DNA from: Trypanosoma brucei
Taxonomy: Eukaryota
NCBI GenBank assembly: GCA_000002445.1
Contig: CH464491.1
Location: 928,001-992,000, forward strand
DNA: 64,000 nucleotides
Direction of reading: 5' to 3'
The position numbers and the translations under genes are program-made. Each line of letters opens with the position of its first letter. Position 1 is the stretch's first letter. The notes under the pieces were generated by a model that was given only the letters and a program-made list of their open reading frames with translations, did no database searches and was not told the DNA's origin. Of this stretch, positions 10,801-19,714 are shown piece by piece.

Positions 10801-12400
10801 TTATTCCCTCGACTGCATTATGGCATCTGTCCGTGAGATGCAAGAACACCCCATGAGACAATTACAAGAGCCGCAGCAGCAGCAGCAGTCCTTACTTAGC
10901 GAAACTGAAGTGAAGAGTCCAATAGATGACAAGGTGTTGGAGCAGTATGAGCAACGACAGCGAGAGGCATCCGATTTAATTGCGTCGCGTCTCGAAACCC
11001 TCTCGGCAACAACTCGTGAGGTTCTTTCGCAACTCCAACGGCAGCAGCCACGAAGATCGGAGGAGGAGATGGGTTCGCAGCCGGCCGTAACCACAAATTT
11101 AAGTGTGGAGAGTCTGCAAGCTATGGAGGGTCGTTTAGGTGAACGCATGCAGGCATTGCAGGCTGCGCTTGATGAGCTGACAAAAGTCAGTGCCAGTGTT
11201 CCTCCTACAACAGAGGTTTTCAGGAAAGACGAGGTAGACGGTGTTGAGGGAAGCAAAAGCTTCATAAAGGAAGTTGATGAGCTCATGACGCTCGTGAAGT
11301 CGTCGCGAAGTGTACAGGCGAAGCAAATGTGGGAGAGGCTGAGCATCTTGCGCACATCTCTGGTTGATGTGAGTACGAAAAAAACTGGAGACACCAACAT
11401 TAAACAACTGTTGGGGGCTCTGGAGGAAAATCGTCTGAAGCTGCGAGAGGAAATGGGGGAAGCAGAGAGAGAATTGGTTATAAAAATTGATGCCGCAACA
11501 CAGAAAGCGGTAGAGCACTTTGCTGCTCGTATAGAGAGGGCCGTTAAGGCGTCAGCAGATGCGGGGCTGGGGCAGCTGCGCAACGATCTCAAAGAAAGTA
11601 GTGAGATATTGAAAGCACACCAGCACCAGTTTTCGTCGCAGCTGCAGGATAGAATGACTAACATAGAGAGAACAAATAGGGAGTGCGCCGCTGAGTTAAA
11701 AGAAAAGTTGCGGGACACCAGCAAGGAGTATCATAATGCTTTGGGACAGTTTGTGAAAAACGATATGATTGCAGCCCTGCGTAGTACTGTTAATGAGGCG
11801 ACTACCCAGCAGATGCGTACCTTCACGCAACAGTTCACTTGGCAAAAGGAACGAGAGGAAACGAACAAAGAGGCGGTGATGCGGAGCGTTCAACAGGTTT
11901 CCCAAGGAGTTGGCAAACTCCAATCAATGAGCAGTGAGGTACGCACAGCCGTAACCAGCAGTTCGGCAGGTGTCGTTCAGGAGGTGAGGAACGCACAGAA
12001 GGACCTCGCGGTGCTTTTCGAGAAACGGCTTGCTGCCGTGTTAGAGCAGCAGAAAAAGCAGCAAGTGGTTCAAGTATTGTCGCCTGTGCGAGTCGGGGAA
12101 GCCGATTCTTCAAACGGTATTCCAAGTGAGACCACCGACACGCCTTCGCTTGTCACGATGGTAAATCCACAGGGGGCGTCCCACCTTTCATGGTTTTTGC
12201 TGTCGCAATCGGTTGTGACTATCATCACCATCATGCTGTGCGCATACTTTTTATTTGCGGCCTTCCTTGTTGCCTTCGTGCCTATTCCACTTACTGATGA
12301 ATTTGCCTCACACATGGAGCAGGCAGCGGATAATGATGTCTCTGAAATTGCCCTCAAGAGGCCGTTAGTCTCACGTGTAGCGGACCGGGTAATTCTATAA
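7895..12400 (+). CDS. Large coiled-coil protein (1501 aa) with C-terminal transmembrane anchor; hypothetical
   Basis: This is a 4.5-kb uninterrupted ORF in the same orientation as its neighbours. Its composition is heptad-like and rich in E, L, Q, K and R throughout. One strongly hydrophobic segment, SWFLLSQSVVTIITIMLCAYFLFAAFLVAFVPIPL, sits about 50 aa from the C-terminus. No catalytic motif was recognised. Confidence 0.8.
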   Translation: MRRVHQIPCKKLFRQLGRRGILSTPPSPVESAEPTTIRSRGYGPSKHLLRGVDATRGVVVEAALSPADVEMQRRVLSMANPNVAIHAKLEGEPSPVHSGTNSLHGDDQRLADRAGVASSEQLASVATVILDEVKEQLQLNLSAADASQDSRAATVVNAVAECLRNEVDRLIHANHTQESSITRVLRENTDLICKRVADVICSEQLKTLSFKDVGQLPQVIKEVGTSLVRLESALKSALDSSFGKDKNLEEVLGDLREHIVSAIEQASHFQQERLLASVSDLLADCADAQDSKSRLAQAASLKVIEKNVRDAMSQMVEDTQHKVQSVLRDLRGSASTSDAAGSTTNVSSGNEVAFERILASYGERLEELRESTAAAVDLKELMMEIHSMHQTSAGDVSEVKNLVKKLKRELISALQPSNTENTEGSTVERKSSDTIDYNGIFADKLDALADDVISRIDGRLKEQHADVRELSARLLQLEDVIKKTPRAALQVGSVPELNDDRLLALAQSISESILSSLPPHSAPAVEEKEQQEPPRPSVSTAVATTAHTFTATELAEAVSAALTPRLDELAAAIQKKVAPTSTASGNEYDNRHMGETQLVTVAQTICEGVREAVRESMALYKPPVASPPTPAPGAVVAPAVDTSALEQAMVTKVEDLKRCVMDAVQEMDRPQEIDLSPFRTYLDDVLRSMQTTLSKQQQATQDKVDGVVEALAKKLQDYQHQLESKLQRQHRDQVEQIQVVRRAQEQDMKADEETWKQRMSRNQEDAEQRTNEQKSAVTGAMQEVFLQVRQRLTEDVRTLLKGEVAAALIPLDDLYKELRESGQKSRTALEAKLRSVEDTLQSVLDSERHRSDRLQATLDDVIACIKNNSGEVSGSETEALKSLKRLLEDLAERNTATGMEICSDVKASLERTEELHVQTAEKMLRGFDTLKYEIHEGRQQLDQLLSSNQQNKDVALAVEAMRTKLDEVRYSLDCIMASVREMQEHPMRQLQEPQQQQQSLLSETEVKSPIDDKVLEQYEQRQREASDLIASRLETLSATTREVLSQLQRQQPRRSEEEMGSQPAVTTNLSVESLQAMEGRLGERMQALQAALDELTKVSASVPPTTEVFRKDEVDGVEGSKSFIKEVDELMTLVKSSRSVQAKQMWERLSILRTSLVDVSTKKTGDTNIKQLLGALEENRLKLREEMGEAERELVIKIDAATQKAVEHFAARIERAVKASADAGLGQLRNDLKESSEILKAHQHQFSSQLQDRMTNIERTNRECAAELKEKLRDTSKEYHNALGQFVKNDMIAALRSTVNEATTQQMRTFTQQFTWQKEREETNKEAVMRSVQQVSQGVGKLQSMSSEVRTAVTSSSAGVVQEVRNAQKDLAVLFEKRLAAVLEQQKKQQVVQVLSPVRVGEADSSNGIPSETTDTPSLVTMVNPQGASHLSWFLLSQSVVTIITIMLCAYFLFAAFLVAFVPIPLTDEFASHMEQAADNDVSEIALKRPLVSRVADRVIL

Positions 12401-13874
12401 CCTCCTTTTTTGTTCGTTTCAATCTTCCTTTTATTCTTCCACCACCTCTCACGCCCCTACATGTACACCCACATTTCATATATTTGGTGTGTAGTAAACA
12501 TTTTTCTCCCCATAGATGGGTGACATTCCAGCGTAACTACTTCGTCTTTAAGGTTGGTGTTGGCGTACGTTGGATTTGGCATGTGACCCCCTACCACTTT
12601 GTGTTGCTGGTGGCAGGCGTTGTCTTATTATTATTATTGTGTATGTGTGTGTGTATTTATGTGTTTCTTTATTTGTTTGGTGGAAAAACTTGGGAGCGAC
12701 GCCGCTGCGTTCGAAGGAACAGGGAAAGGAAACAGATAAGTATACGCCCGCTTTTTGCATTCCACTCTGTTAAATGTTCTTCCATCTTTTTTTTTGTTAT
12801 CTTCCCCCCTTATCCCTCATATATCCACGTCTGTTGCACACGTCGTCTCGTTTGCAGCCACCGGAGGCCCGTTGCGTCGACTGGTTCTGTGGGCGAGAAG
12901 GTTGCCGCAAGATGTTTTTGATTACTTCCTCTTCGTTAAACTTATTGTTTTCAGCTGTTAGTTGGTTGTATCTGGTGCCTGTTTCCTCATTTATTTATTC
13001 CGCTCTCGGTGTGATGCTCCACACATTAGTTTGAGATCATTCCCACTGACGTTGCCTTCGTATTCCGCTGATATTTTACTCTCTTGTCTTGTTTATCATT
13101 GCTTGTTTTCGCATTTCCTTTCGTCTTTATGGGGTTGTTCAAAAAAAAAAAACGAAATCAGCTAAAGGTTACTTAAAAGAAGAGGTCTAAGGAAAGTTGA
13201 GAGGGGGAGTAGCGTACGCGGTCGGGCGCAACAAAGAGAAGTAAAAGGTTAACCCTTTCTTTGTTTGAGTGCAGTGCCTTTTTCCCACGCGCACAAAAAA
13301 AAAGAAAAGAGAACCACGAAAACAAAGGGGGTGAGGAGAGTAAAGGAAATTTTTTTCGTAAAATTTAAGGCGGAGGGCGGACGAAGCGATATATACTAGT
13401 GTATTAGTAAGGAGGGAAAGACAAGAGAACATCAGTAAAGGTGGCACTCAAGGGTTGCAATTAATAGAGGAGCAGGGGAAACAAACATATTAAGTTGTAT
13501 ATATATAAGGGGAGAAACAGAAAGGCATCGGTCAGGAAAGTTGTTGCGCACGCACCACTTCGGCACGCTGTCACGAACTGTGCGTGTTTGGCGAAAAGAT
13601 CAATACACATAGAAAGCGAAAGGGAGAAGAATATTCTTTCTCCTTCCCGGGAAGGAGTACTGGACTGTTTGATTGTTCGTTTTGCACACTAGCACGCGGG
13701 TGTGAAAGAGGTCGCAGGAAAAGCGCATAAGTTAGAGTCAGAGAGGGAAAAGTGTTAGATACACTTGTTCTAATATACCTCCTTGAACATATCCACTGGT
13801 CAGGGGAGTGAAGTGAAGCAACAGTGACACGGGTTGTTTCAGTTGCGTTAATAATAGTAAGAATAGCGGCGTGA

Positions 13875-16685
13875 GTGGGGGGTTTGATGGCAGAGGTGAA
13901 GCTTCCGCGGCCGGGCCGAAGCCCCTCCTCGGGCAAAGTCACCGTCACCACCTCTTCAAAGCGCCAAGCAAAAAGCGCCCCATTCAAATTTCTCCGCAAA
14001 GATGAGGGACGGCTTTCTTACTCGTGCACACCAGAGTCCCCAGTTTCAGTGTGTGGTAATGTTTCCCACGGTAACAGTATGACTAACCGTGAGCTCGCTG
14101 CCATGGATAGGAACAGTTCCCGCTCACTCCGCGAAGCAATAGCCAATGATATGCGCAAAGGGAAAGCTAACGATCCTTTCGGCGGCTTTGAGGTCGCGGT
14201 TCCGAAGCGGGGACCACCACCTGGCGCATCGCCGCGGGAGGAACGTGGGATGTCTCTTGAAGGGTCGCAGTTGCATGACAACGTAAGTGTATCATCCCCT
14301 CCTGCTGCCGTGCAGCACACCTCTTCCCGCCTGGCTGTGGGAGACGCTAACCATAGCGAATCCATCGGGGACAAGTCCGTCAGCACGAAACGACTTGAAT
14401 CCCGTACTTCAGACGAGTCGGAAAGAACAGTAGAACCCCAGCCACAACAACACCAGCAGCTACAGTTGCAGCAACACCAACTGCAGCAGCAGCAACAAAT
14501 GCAGTTGCAACAACAGCTACAGCAGCAGCAACAGCTACAGCTTCAACAACAACAGCAACAACTGCAACTGCAACAACAGCAGCAGCAGCAAATACAACTA
14601 CAACAGCAACAGCACCAGCTACTGCCAAACCACAGTCACCAGATGCAATTGCAAACCCAACTCCCACAGCAACACCCTCCACAAGGCTATCAACAGCAGT
14701 TGCTGAATCACGGCCAGCAGTGGCAGCACTCGCAGGTGCAGGCGCAACCGCAGCCGACGCGACAGCGTGTGAGTCCAATGAACACCAACACTTTTTCGCG
14801 GAACATCGAGGAGAGTGAGTTGGGCGACTGGTGCCCCTCGCCGGTGCAACAACGTCGGTGGAGGAACGGGGAATCGGACAACGGACATACTCGTCGGTCG
14901 ATTGCTACCCGCTACGGTGACCCAGGAGAACTAGACGGTGAATATGTGAGTGGTGGAAGGAGCCTCCGCAACTATTTTCGACCTCCGCTTCCAGAATATC
15001 ATCAGCCACGTGAGGAGGAGGAGTTGGTGGGCCAGCTGGAAGAGGAATTGCGCGTCACGAAGGAGGAGCGATCCCGGTATTATCAGCTGCGCATGCAACT
15101 GGAGCGTGAGCGGCAGCGTTTCGAGGAATACCGCTCTGGAGTGGAACAGGACATGGAGGACGAACGGGTGCGGTTGGATGCCGCACGGGCTTCGGAGCAG
15201 CGCCAGGCAAAAAAGGACGTGAAGGTAGTGGAAGAGCGGTATAAATCTACTCTCGAACTTCTCAGGACAGAGCGTGATTCAAACACAAAGCTGACACAGG
15301 AAAACGAGATGCTGCGCCAGCAACTGGAGGTGACGACAGCACGGTTGCGTGAGTCGCAGAAGCTGCAAAAGGCGGAGACGAACCGGCTGCGACGTGAGAT
15401 TGAGTCTCTGACGCGGCGGAACGAAGAGCTGTTGGAATTGGCAAGAGAACAACAACTCACAGCATTAGAACGTGGTGAGACGCTGACACCACCACTGCTG
15501 TTGCACAGCGGCCCAAATATACGACATAAAGCTTCGGCTAACAGTAGTAGCGCTCCGAGGAGCGGTGAAGATGTATACGAATTGCATGGTAGTTCACTAC
15601 CCACTAGAAGCTACTCTTCTGAGCAGAATCGTTATCTGGACATTGTAGAGAGGGAGAGGAGACTAGCGGAGGAAGAGGAGCACGAGCGGAAACGGTTGGA
15701 AGCTGAGGATAGAAGACGTGCCGAGATGGAAGAAAGGCGAAGGCGCATTGAAGCCGAGGAAGCGCGGCGTGCTAAAGAGGAGGAGGAAAGGCGAAGGCGC
15801 ATTGAGGAGGAGGACCGTCGTCGCGCCCATGAAGAGGAGGAAAGGCGGAAGCGGGTTGAAGCCGAAGACAGGCGCCGCGCTGAGGAAGCGAAGCGCAAGT
15901 CTGCGGAAGCTGAAGAGAGGCGTCGTGCTGAAGAAGAGGAAAAGCGCAAACGTGCGGAAGCGGAGAACAGGAAGCGGGTTGAGGAGGACAAGGTTAGGCG
16001 CGCAGATGCGGAAGTTGCTCCGCGGCGGAAGGTAGATGCAAAGAAGGTTGTGCGGGAGGAGCGTTCGCAGGCGATCGACGAGGGCGCAACTAGCAAGAAG
16101 CTTGAGGCACGCCAGCAGCGGCGCTCCTCCGGTCATCCTGTTTTAACTCCTCGCGCGCAGAGCTCCAAAACAGCGAATTCTGCAGTAGCAACTGCCCGTG
16201 CAGCATCGCAGGCTTGCACCTACGCAACTCGCAAAGGACGCCGCGCACCCACTGCCAGCGAATTAACCGCGGACAATGAGCCCGTTCCGGATGAAGACTT
16301 TCCGAACGATACCGTCGTGTCGCAGACATCCCTAGGAGAAAATCCCAATAAGCGTGAAGTGTTGTACCGTAGCGGGAAGCGAGAGATACACTACACGAAT
16401 GGGACTCGCAAGATTATTCTTCCCTCGAGCCACGTGATGCTCTACTTCGCAAACGGAGACATCAAACGGACATTCCCCTCAGGGAAGAGCACATATTGGT
16501 ATGCTGTGGCGCAGACGACACACACACAGTATGCAGATGGAGCTCAGGTGTTTCAGTTCCATTCTACCGGGCAAGTAGAGCGCCACTTACCGGATGGAAA
16601 AAAAGAAATTCTTTACCCTGACGGTATCTACAAGGTTGTGCATCCAGACGGTAGGGATGAAACCATTTTCCCTGACGAAAGTTGA
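13875..16685 (+). CDS. CPAP/SAS-4-like protein with TCP10 C-terminal (G-box) domain; poly-Q and E/R/K-rich repeat regions
   Basis: The C-terminal ~110 aa carry repeated YxNG/YxDG beta-strand units (YTNGTRKIILPSSHVMLYFANGDIKRTFPSGK...YADGAQVFQF...YPDGIYKVVHPDGRDETIFPDE). These are typical of the TCP10_C/G-box of CPAP/SAS-4 centriole proteins. A long poly-Q tract and an E/R/K-rich repeat block also lie within the ORF. Confidence 0.75.
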   Translation: MGGLMAEVKLPRPGRSPSSGKVTVTTSSKRQAKSAPFKFLRKDEGRLSYSCTPESPVSVCGNVSHGNSMTNRELAAMDRNSSRSLREAIANDMRKGKANDPFGGFEVAVPKRGPPPGASPREERGMSLEGSQLHDNVSVSSPPAAVQHTSSRLAVGDANHSESIGDKSVSTKRLESRTSDESERTVEPQPQQHQQLQLQQHQLQQQQQMQLQQQLQQQQQLQLQQQQQQLQLQQQQQQQIQLQQQQHQLLPNHSHQMQLQTQLPQQHPPQGYQQQLLNHGQQWQHSQVQAQPQPTRQRVSPMNTNTFSRNIEESELGDWCPSPVQQRRWRNGESDNGHTRRSIATRYGDPGELDGEYVSGGRSLRNYFRPPLPEYHQPREEEELVGQLEEELRVTKEERSRYYQLRMQLERERQRFEEYRSGVEQDMEDERVRLDAARASEQRQAKKDVKVVEERYKSTLELLRTERDSNTKLTQENEMLRQQLEVTTARLRESQKLQKAETNRLRREIESLTRRNEELLELAREQQLTALERGETLTPPLLLHSGPNIRHKASANSSSAPRSGEDVYELHGSSLPTRSYSSEQNRYLDIVERERRLAEEEEHERKRLEAEDRRRAEMEERRRRIEAEEARRAKEEEERRRRIEEEDRRRAHEEEERRKRVEAEDRRRAEEAKRKSAEAEERRRAEEEEKRKRAEAENRKRVEEDKVRRADAEVAPRRKVDAKKVVREERSQAIDEGATSKKLEARQQRRSSGHPVLTPRAQSSKTANSAVATARAASQACTYATRKGRRAPTASELTADNEPVPDEDFPNDTVVSQTSLGENPNKREVLYRSGKREIHYTNGTRKIILPSSHVMLYFANGDIKRTFPSGKSTYWYAVAQTTHTQYADGAQVFQFHSTGQVERHLPDGKKEILYPDGIYKVVHPDGRDETIFPDES
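14441..14735 (+). repeat. Coding (CAG/CAA)n poly-glutamine tract within the CPAP-like CDS
   Basis: The translation is QQHQQLQLQQHQLQQQQQMQLQQQLQQQQQLQLQQQQQQLQLQQQQQQQIQLQQQQHQLL... Confidence 0.9.
15645..16075 (+). repeat. Coding tandem repeat (~48-51 nt, 5-6 units) encoding E/R/K-rich helical repeats inside the CPAP-like CDS
   Basis: The DNA unit aggcgaaggcgcattga(a/g)g...gaggaggaggaaa recurs. The peptide units are RRRRIEAEEARRAKEEEE, RRRRIEEEDRRRAHEEEE, RRKRVEAEDRRRAEEAKRK and SAEAEERRRAEEEEKRK. Confidence 0.85.
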
Positions 16686-18223
16686 GAGAGTAGTGCAATT
16701 CCTTTACTCAATTTAGTTTTTCTTGAAATAATTACCTTGTGGTGATGCCCGTAGACCTTTTTCAGGTACTAGTCAAAATGTGCGGTGTCATAGTTAAGTT
16801 TCCGACTTATTGTATGCCATCGTTTCTCCTCCTTTCTCCGTTCTATCTCCTCTTCTCACTCTACATTTCTTTCGTTTGCTCTGAGTTATATGCACCGTCC
16901 ACGAGTTTCTGCTTTTTTTTTCTGTTTTTGAGAGGGGAATGGGAAAAGATTTTACAGCTTTGTTGCTCACACCCCATATAATTTGGATGAGTGACATGCA
17001 CTTTATTGGATACGCATAATATAAGGAGGAGCAGGGGAAGTATTTTAACCCTAATGTTATCCCCTCGCGCACCCGTTCTTTCCCCTGCTTTTGTGGGGAT
17101 TTTTACTTTCTTTTTTTATCTCTCACATCTTTCTCGTTGTTTTTTTTTTTTGGTTCATCAAGCAACATTGACTTCCCACTTACCCATGCTTCTCTCGTGT
17201 TTGTGCAGCATTTTTTTTTTTTTGTATGGGTGTGTGGCTCCCTTTTATTACTTTGAAGGATGGTTTGACTTATTGTGCGCACTCATAACCACCTTTCACT
17301 GAAGGTAAAAGGGAGGTGGCACTGGACTGGGAAGAAAAAGCGAAAGAAATGACTTTGCTTCGCTGGCACACACAAATTCTACCATTATACGATGTTTGGT
17401 ATATGTTTTTGTGTGTTTAATTGCACTTGTTCTTGTGTTGCGCTAATGTGAGGGTGCTTGGTTTTATGATTTCGATGTTTTGCTTTTTTTCTTCTTTTTT
17501 TTTATACAGGAAAAAAAAAGAGAGGAAACGTAATATAACTTCACTGTTGTCGTTATCATTTGTTTCACCATTCACTGTTTGCGTGGGCCCGACTCACCTG
17601 TGGCGTCAACGTACGCTTTATGAGTTCAATTGTGCAAGTCAGCTGTCGTTGCAATAATTGATGAGAAGCAAGTGAGATTGTGGGGGGGGGGGAAAGAAAG
17701 AAAGATAAAAAGAACGGGAAAAAGTTATATATATATATATATATATTTATTTATTTATATTTATATATATACATGCGTGTGAGTGTGTGGGTGTATATTT
17801 ACTCCTTCTTTTGTGAGAGAAGAGACATGAGTGCGGTGTTGCGCTCAATTATTTGAGGGAAGGGGTTCACCATCGGGTATTGCTATGAAGCTGAGACAAC
17901 CTCATCCCTTTCCCCCCGTCGTAACAAAAACAAAAACAAAAAAAAACAACAAAAGTGAAAGGAATGTCTGTACTTAGTTTTTACAATATAGAAAAAAAAA
18001 CGAGAGAGAGAGAGTAGGAAACGAGGCCGATGTACTTTTTTTTTGTTGTTCTCTTAATGTTTCAGTCTCCGAAAAGTGCCTCGGGAAGGGAACACGGATG
18101 AGAGCTTAACGCTCGTATTTTCCCGTTGCTTTTCCATCCCACTTCATATTTCGTTCTTTTTGTTTGCATTCCGCCGTAAACTTTCGGTGCGGGTTGCCTC
18201 CTTCTGTCCGCTGCGTTTTTCGT

Positions 18224-18250
18224 TTGTTGTTGTTGTTGTTGTTGTTGTTT
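18224..18250. repeat. (TTG)9 microsatellite
   Basis: Directly visible. A second (TGT)n run lies at 19929-19950. Confidence 0.95.
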
Positions 18251-19677
18251 TTTGCTTTGAACTATTACCATTATTATCATTATTACGTTGCCGTACCCTT
18301 CTCCCCTCCTTTTTTTTTACTTTTCACTTCATGAAGCGTGGGTGCAAGGTGATAATAATAGTAATAATGATAATATTGTTGAGAAATGAAAAAAAAAAGG
18401 ATGAGGCCGAGGGATTGACATGGAGAAAAGGAGGCAGAAATGGTGGTTATTGGGAACGGTAACGAACGGGTGAAGAGTTTGTTTTTTTTTTCGTGTTTTC
18501 ACTTCGTTTGTCTTTTTCACCGTTTCGTTCATACCATCATAGACAATTTTTCTTGTAAAAATAAATAAATAAAAAAGGTGTGGGCGGAGGAAAGGAAGGA
18601 AGGAATGGAAGGAAGGAAGGGATGGTTGGAGTAAAGGAAAGAGGGGGGAAAAAAAAAGAAGCACAGTTGAGAAAATATATACATTTTTTTTTGTTTTTTG
18701 TCTTTACTTTTTTCCCCCTTTTGCGTGTATGGAAGTGTGCGTTGAAATGTTGTTATTGTTGTTGTTCTTGTTTTTCTGCGGTGTGTGCTATTTTTTCTCC
18801 CTGTCCTCTCGCCCCTTCTTCTTTTCCCCTTTTTGAGAAGTAAAGAGTGAAAGGAATGACTTAATGAGAGAATGGGTTAAGAGAAAATGAAGTGATAATG
18901 TGGAAGATGAAAAAAGAGGAGCCAGTTGTGATCTTTGCATTTATACTTTACTTTTTCTTTGCGTGTGTGTGTATGTGTGTTTTTTTTTTTTTGGGGGGGG
19001 GGCGGGGGAAAGTTATATATTTGGAATTTTTTCCTATGGTGGTGTGGTGTAGTGGCTGCGTTTATGCTTGTTTTTTATTTATTTACTTTTCCCTAATGCA
19101 GAGGCGCACGCATGCATAATTACTGCTGTTGGTATTATGTGATGTGTGAAATGTCCGTCTTTAATTTGGGATTTGGTTGTATTTAGAGCGTATGCGGGAT
19201 GGCGGTTTAGCGAGGAACTGCGAAAGGTGGAAGAAAATTATGGGGGAAAAAAGGAAAAAAAAAAGGAGTACGTAAAAGAAAGAAAGGAAGACACTTGTAA
19301 GAATAATGAGTTTCGTTGCGGCACTAAAGGGGAAAGCCAAGGAAGGAACGGTGCATATAAACAAAGAAAAAGAAGAAAAGGAAGTGACGTTGGGGGCGTA
19401 AAGTTGTTTCCTCCACTTTACTTTACTTTTTCTTATTTTTTTTTTTTTACTTATGATTCTTATCTTTCTTTTCGTTATTTTCGACTCTGGTATGTTTTTC
19501 TTCTTTTTGACCCTTCCGCTCGCTGCGCTCCCCTCTCCCCTTCCCCGACCCCTTTTTTTTTGGGGGGGCTCTTCCTTGAACTCTAAGTGTTATCATCTTT
19601 ATATATTTACACTTCTGCACCTTCCTTCACCTTCAGCTTCACCTTCCCGCAACGCCGCCGCTGATGAGTTTGTCTGA

Positions 19678-19714
19678 TGATAATAATAATAATAATTATT
19701 ATTATTATTATTTC
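19678..19714. repeat. Perfect AT-only palindrome (TAA)6-(TTA)6
   Basis: taataataataataataattattattattatt is self-complementary and has cruciform or hairpin potential. Confidence 0.9.

Noticed and set aside
10801-11724. 307-aa ORF on the minus strand inside the coiled-coil gene
   Set aside because: It lies entirely antisense to a much longer, motif-consistent + ORF. Low-complexity Ser/Cys/Leu-rich translation is typical of the reverse frame of a GAG/CAG-rich coiled-coil coding sequence.
15083-16136. Overlapping minus-strand ORFs (173, 154 and 157 aa) in the CPAP-like gene
   Set aside because: These are reverse-complement frames of the E/R-rich GAG/CGC repeat and give Ser/Leu/Ala-rich artefacts.
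17043-17052. Single ccctaa hexamer (reverse telomere unit)
   Set aside because: It is one copy only and so is expected by chance. That differs from the 3.5-copy block at 29946-29967.
19146-19586. 146-aa + ORF in the 4.3-kb spacer (MKCPSLIWDL...KKEKKKEYVKERKED...)
   Set aside because: The translation is Lys/Glu/Phe low-complexity read from A-runs and T-runs. No domain or signal is present, and the ORF sits in microsatellite-dense sequence.
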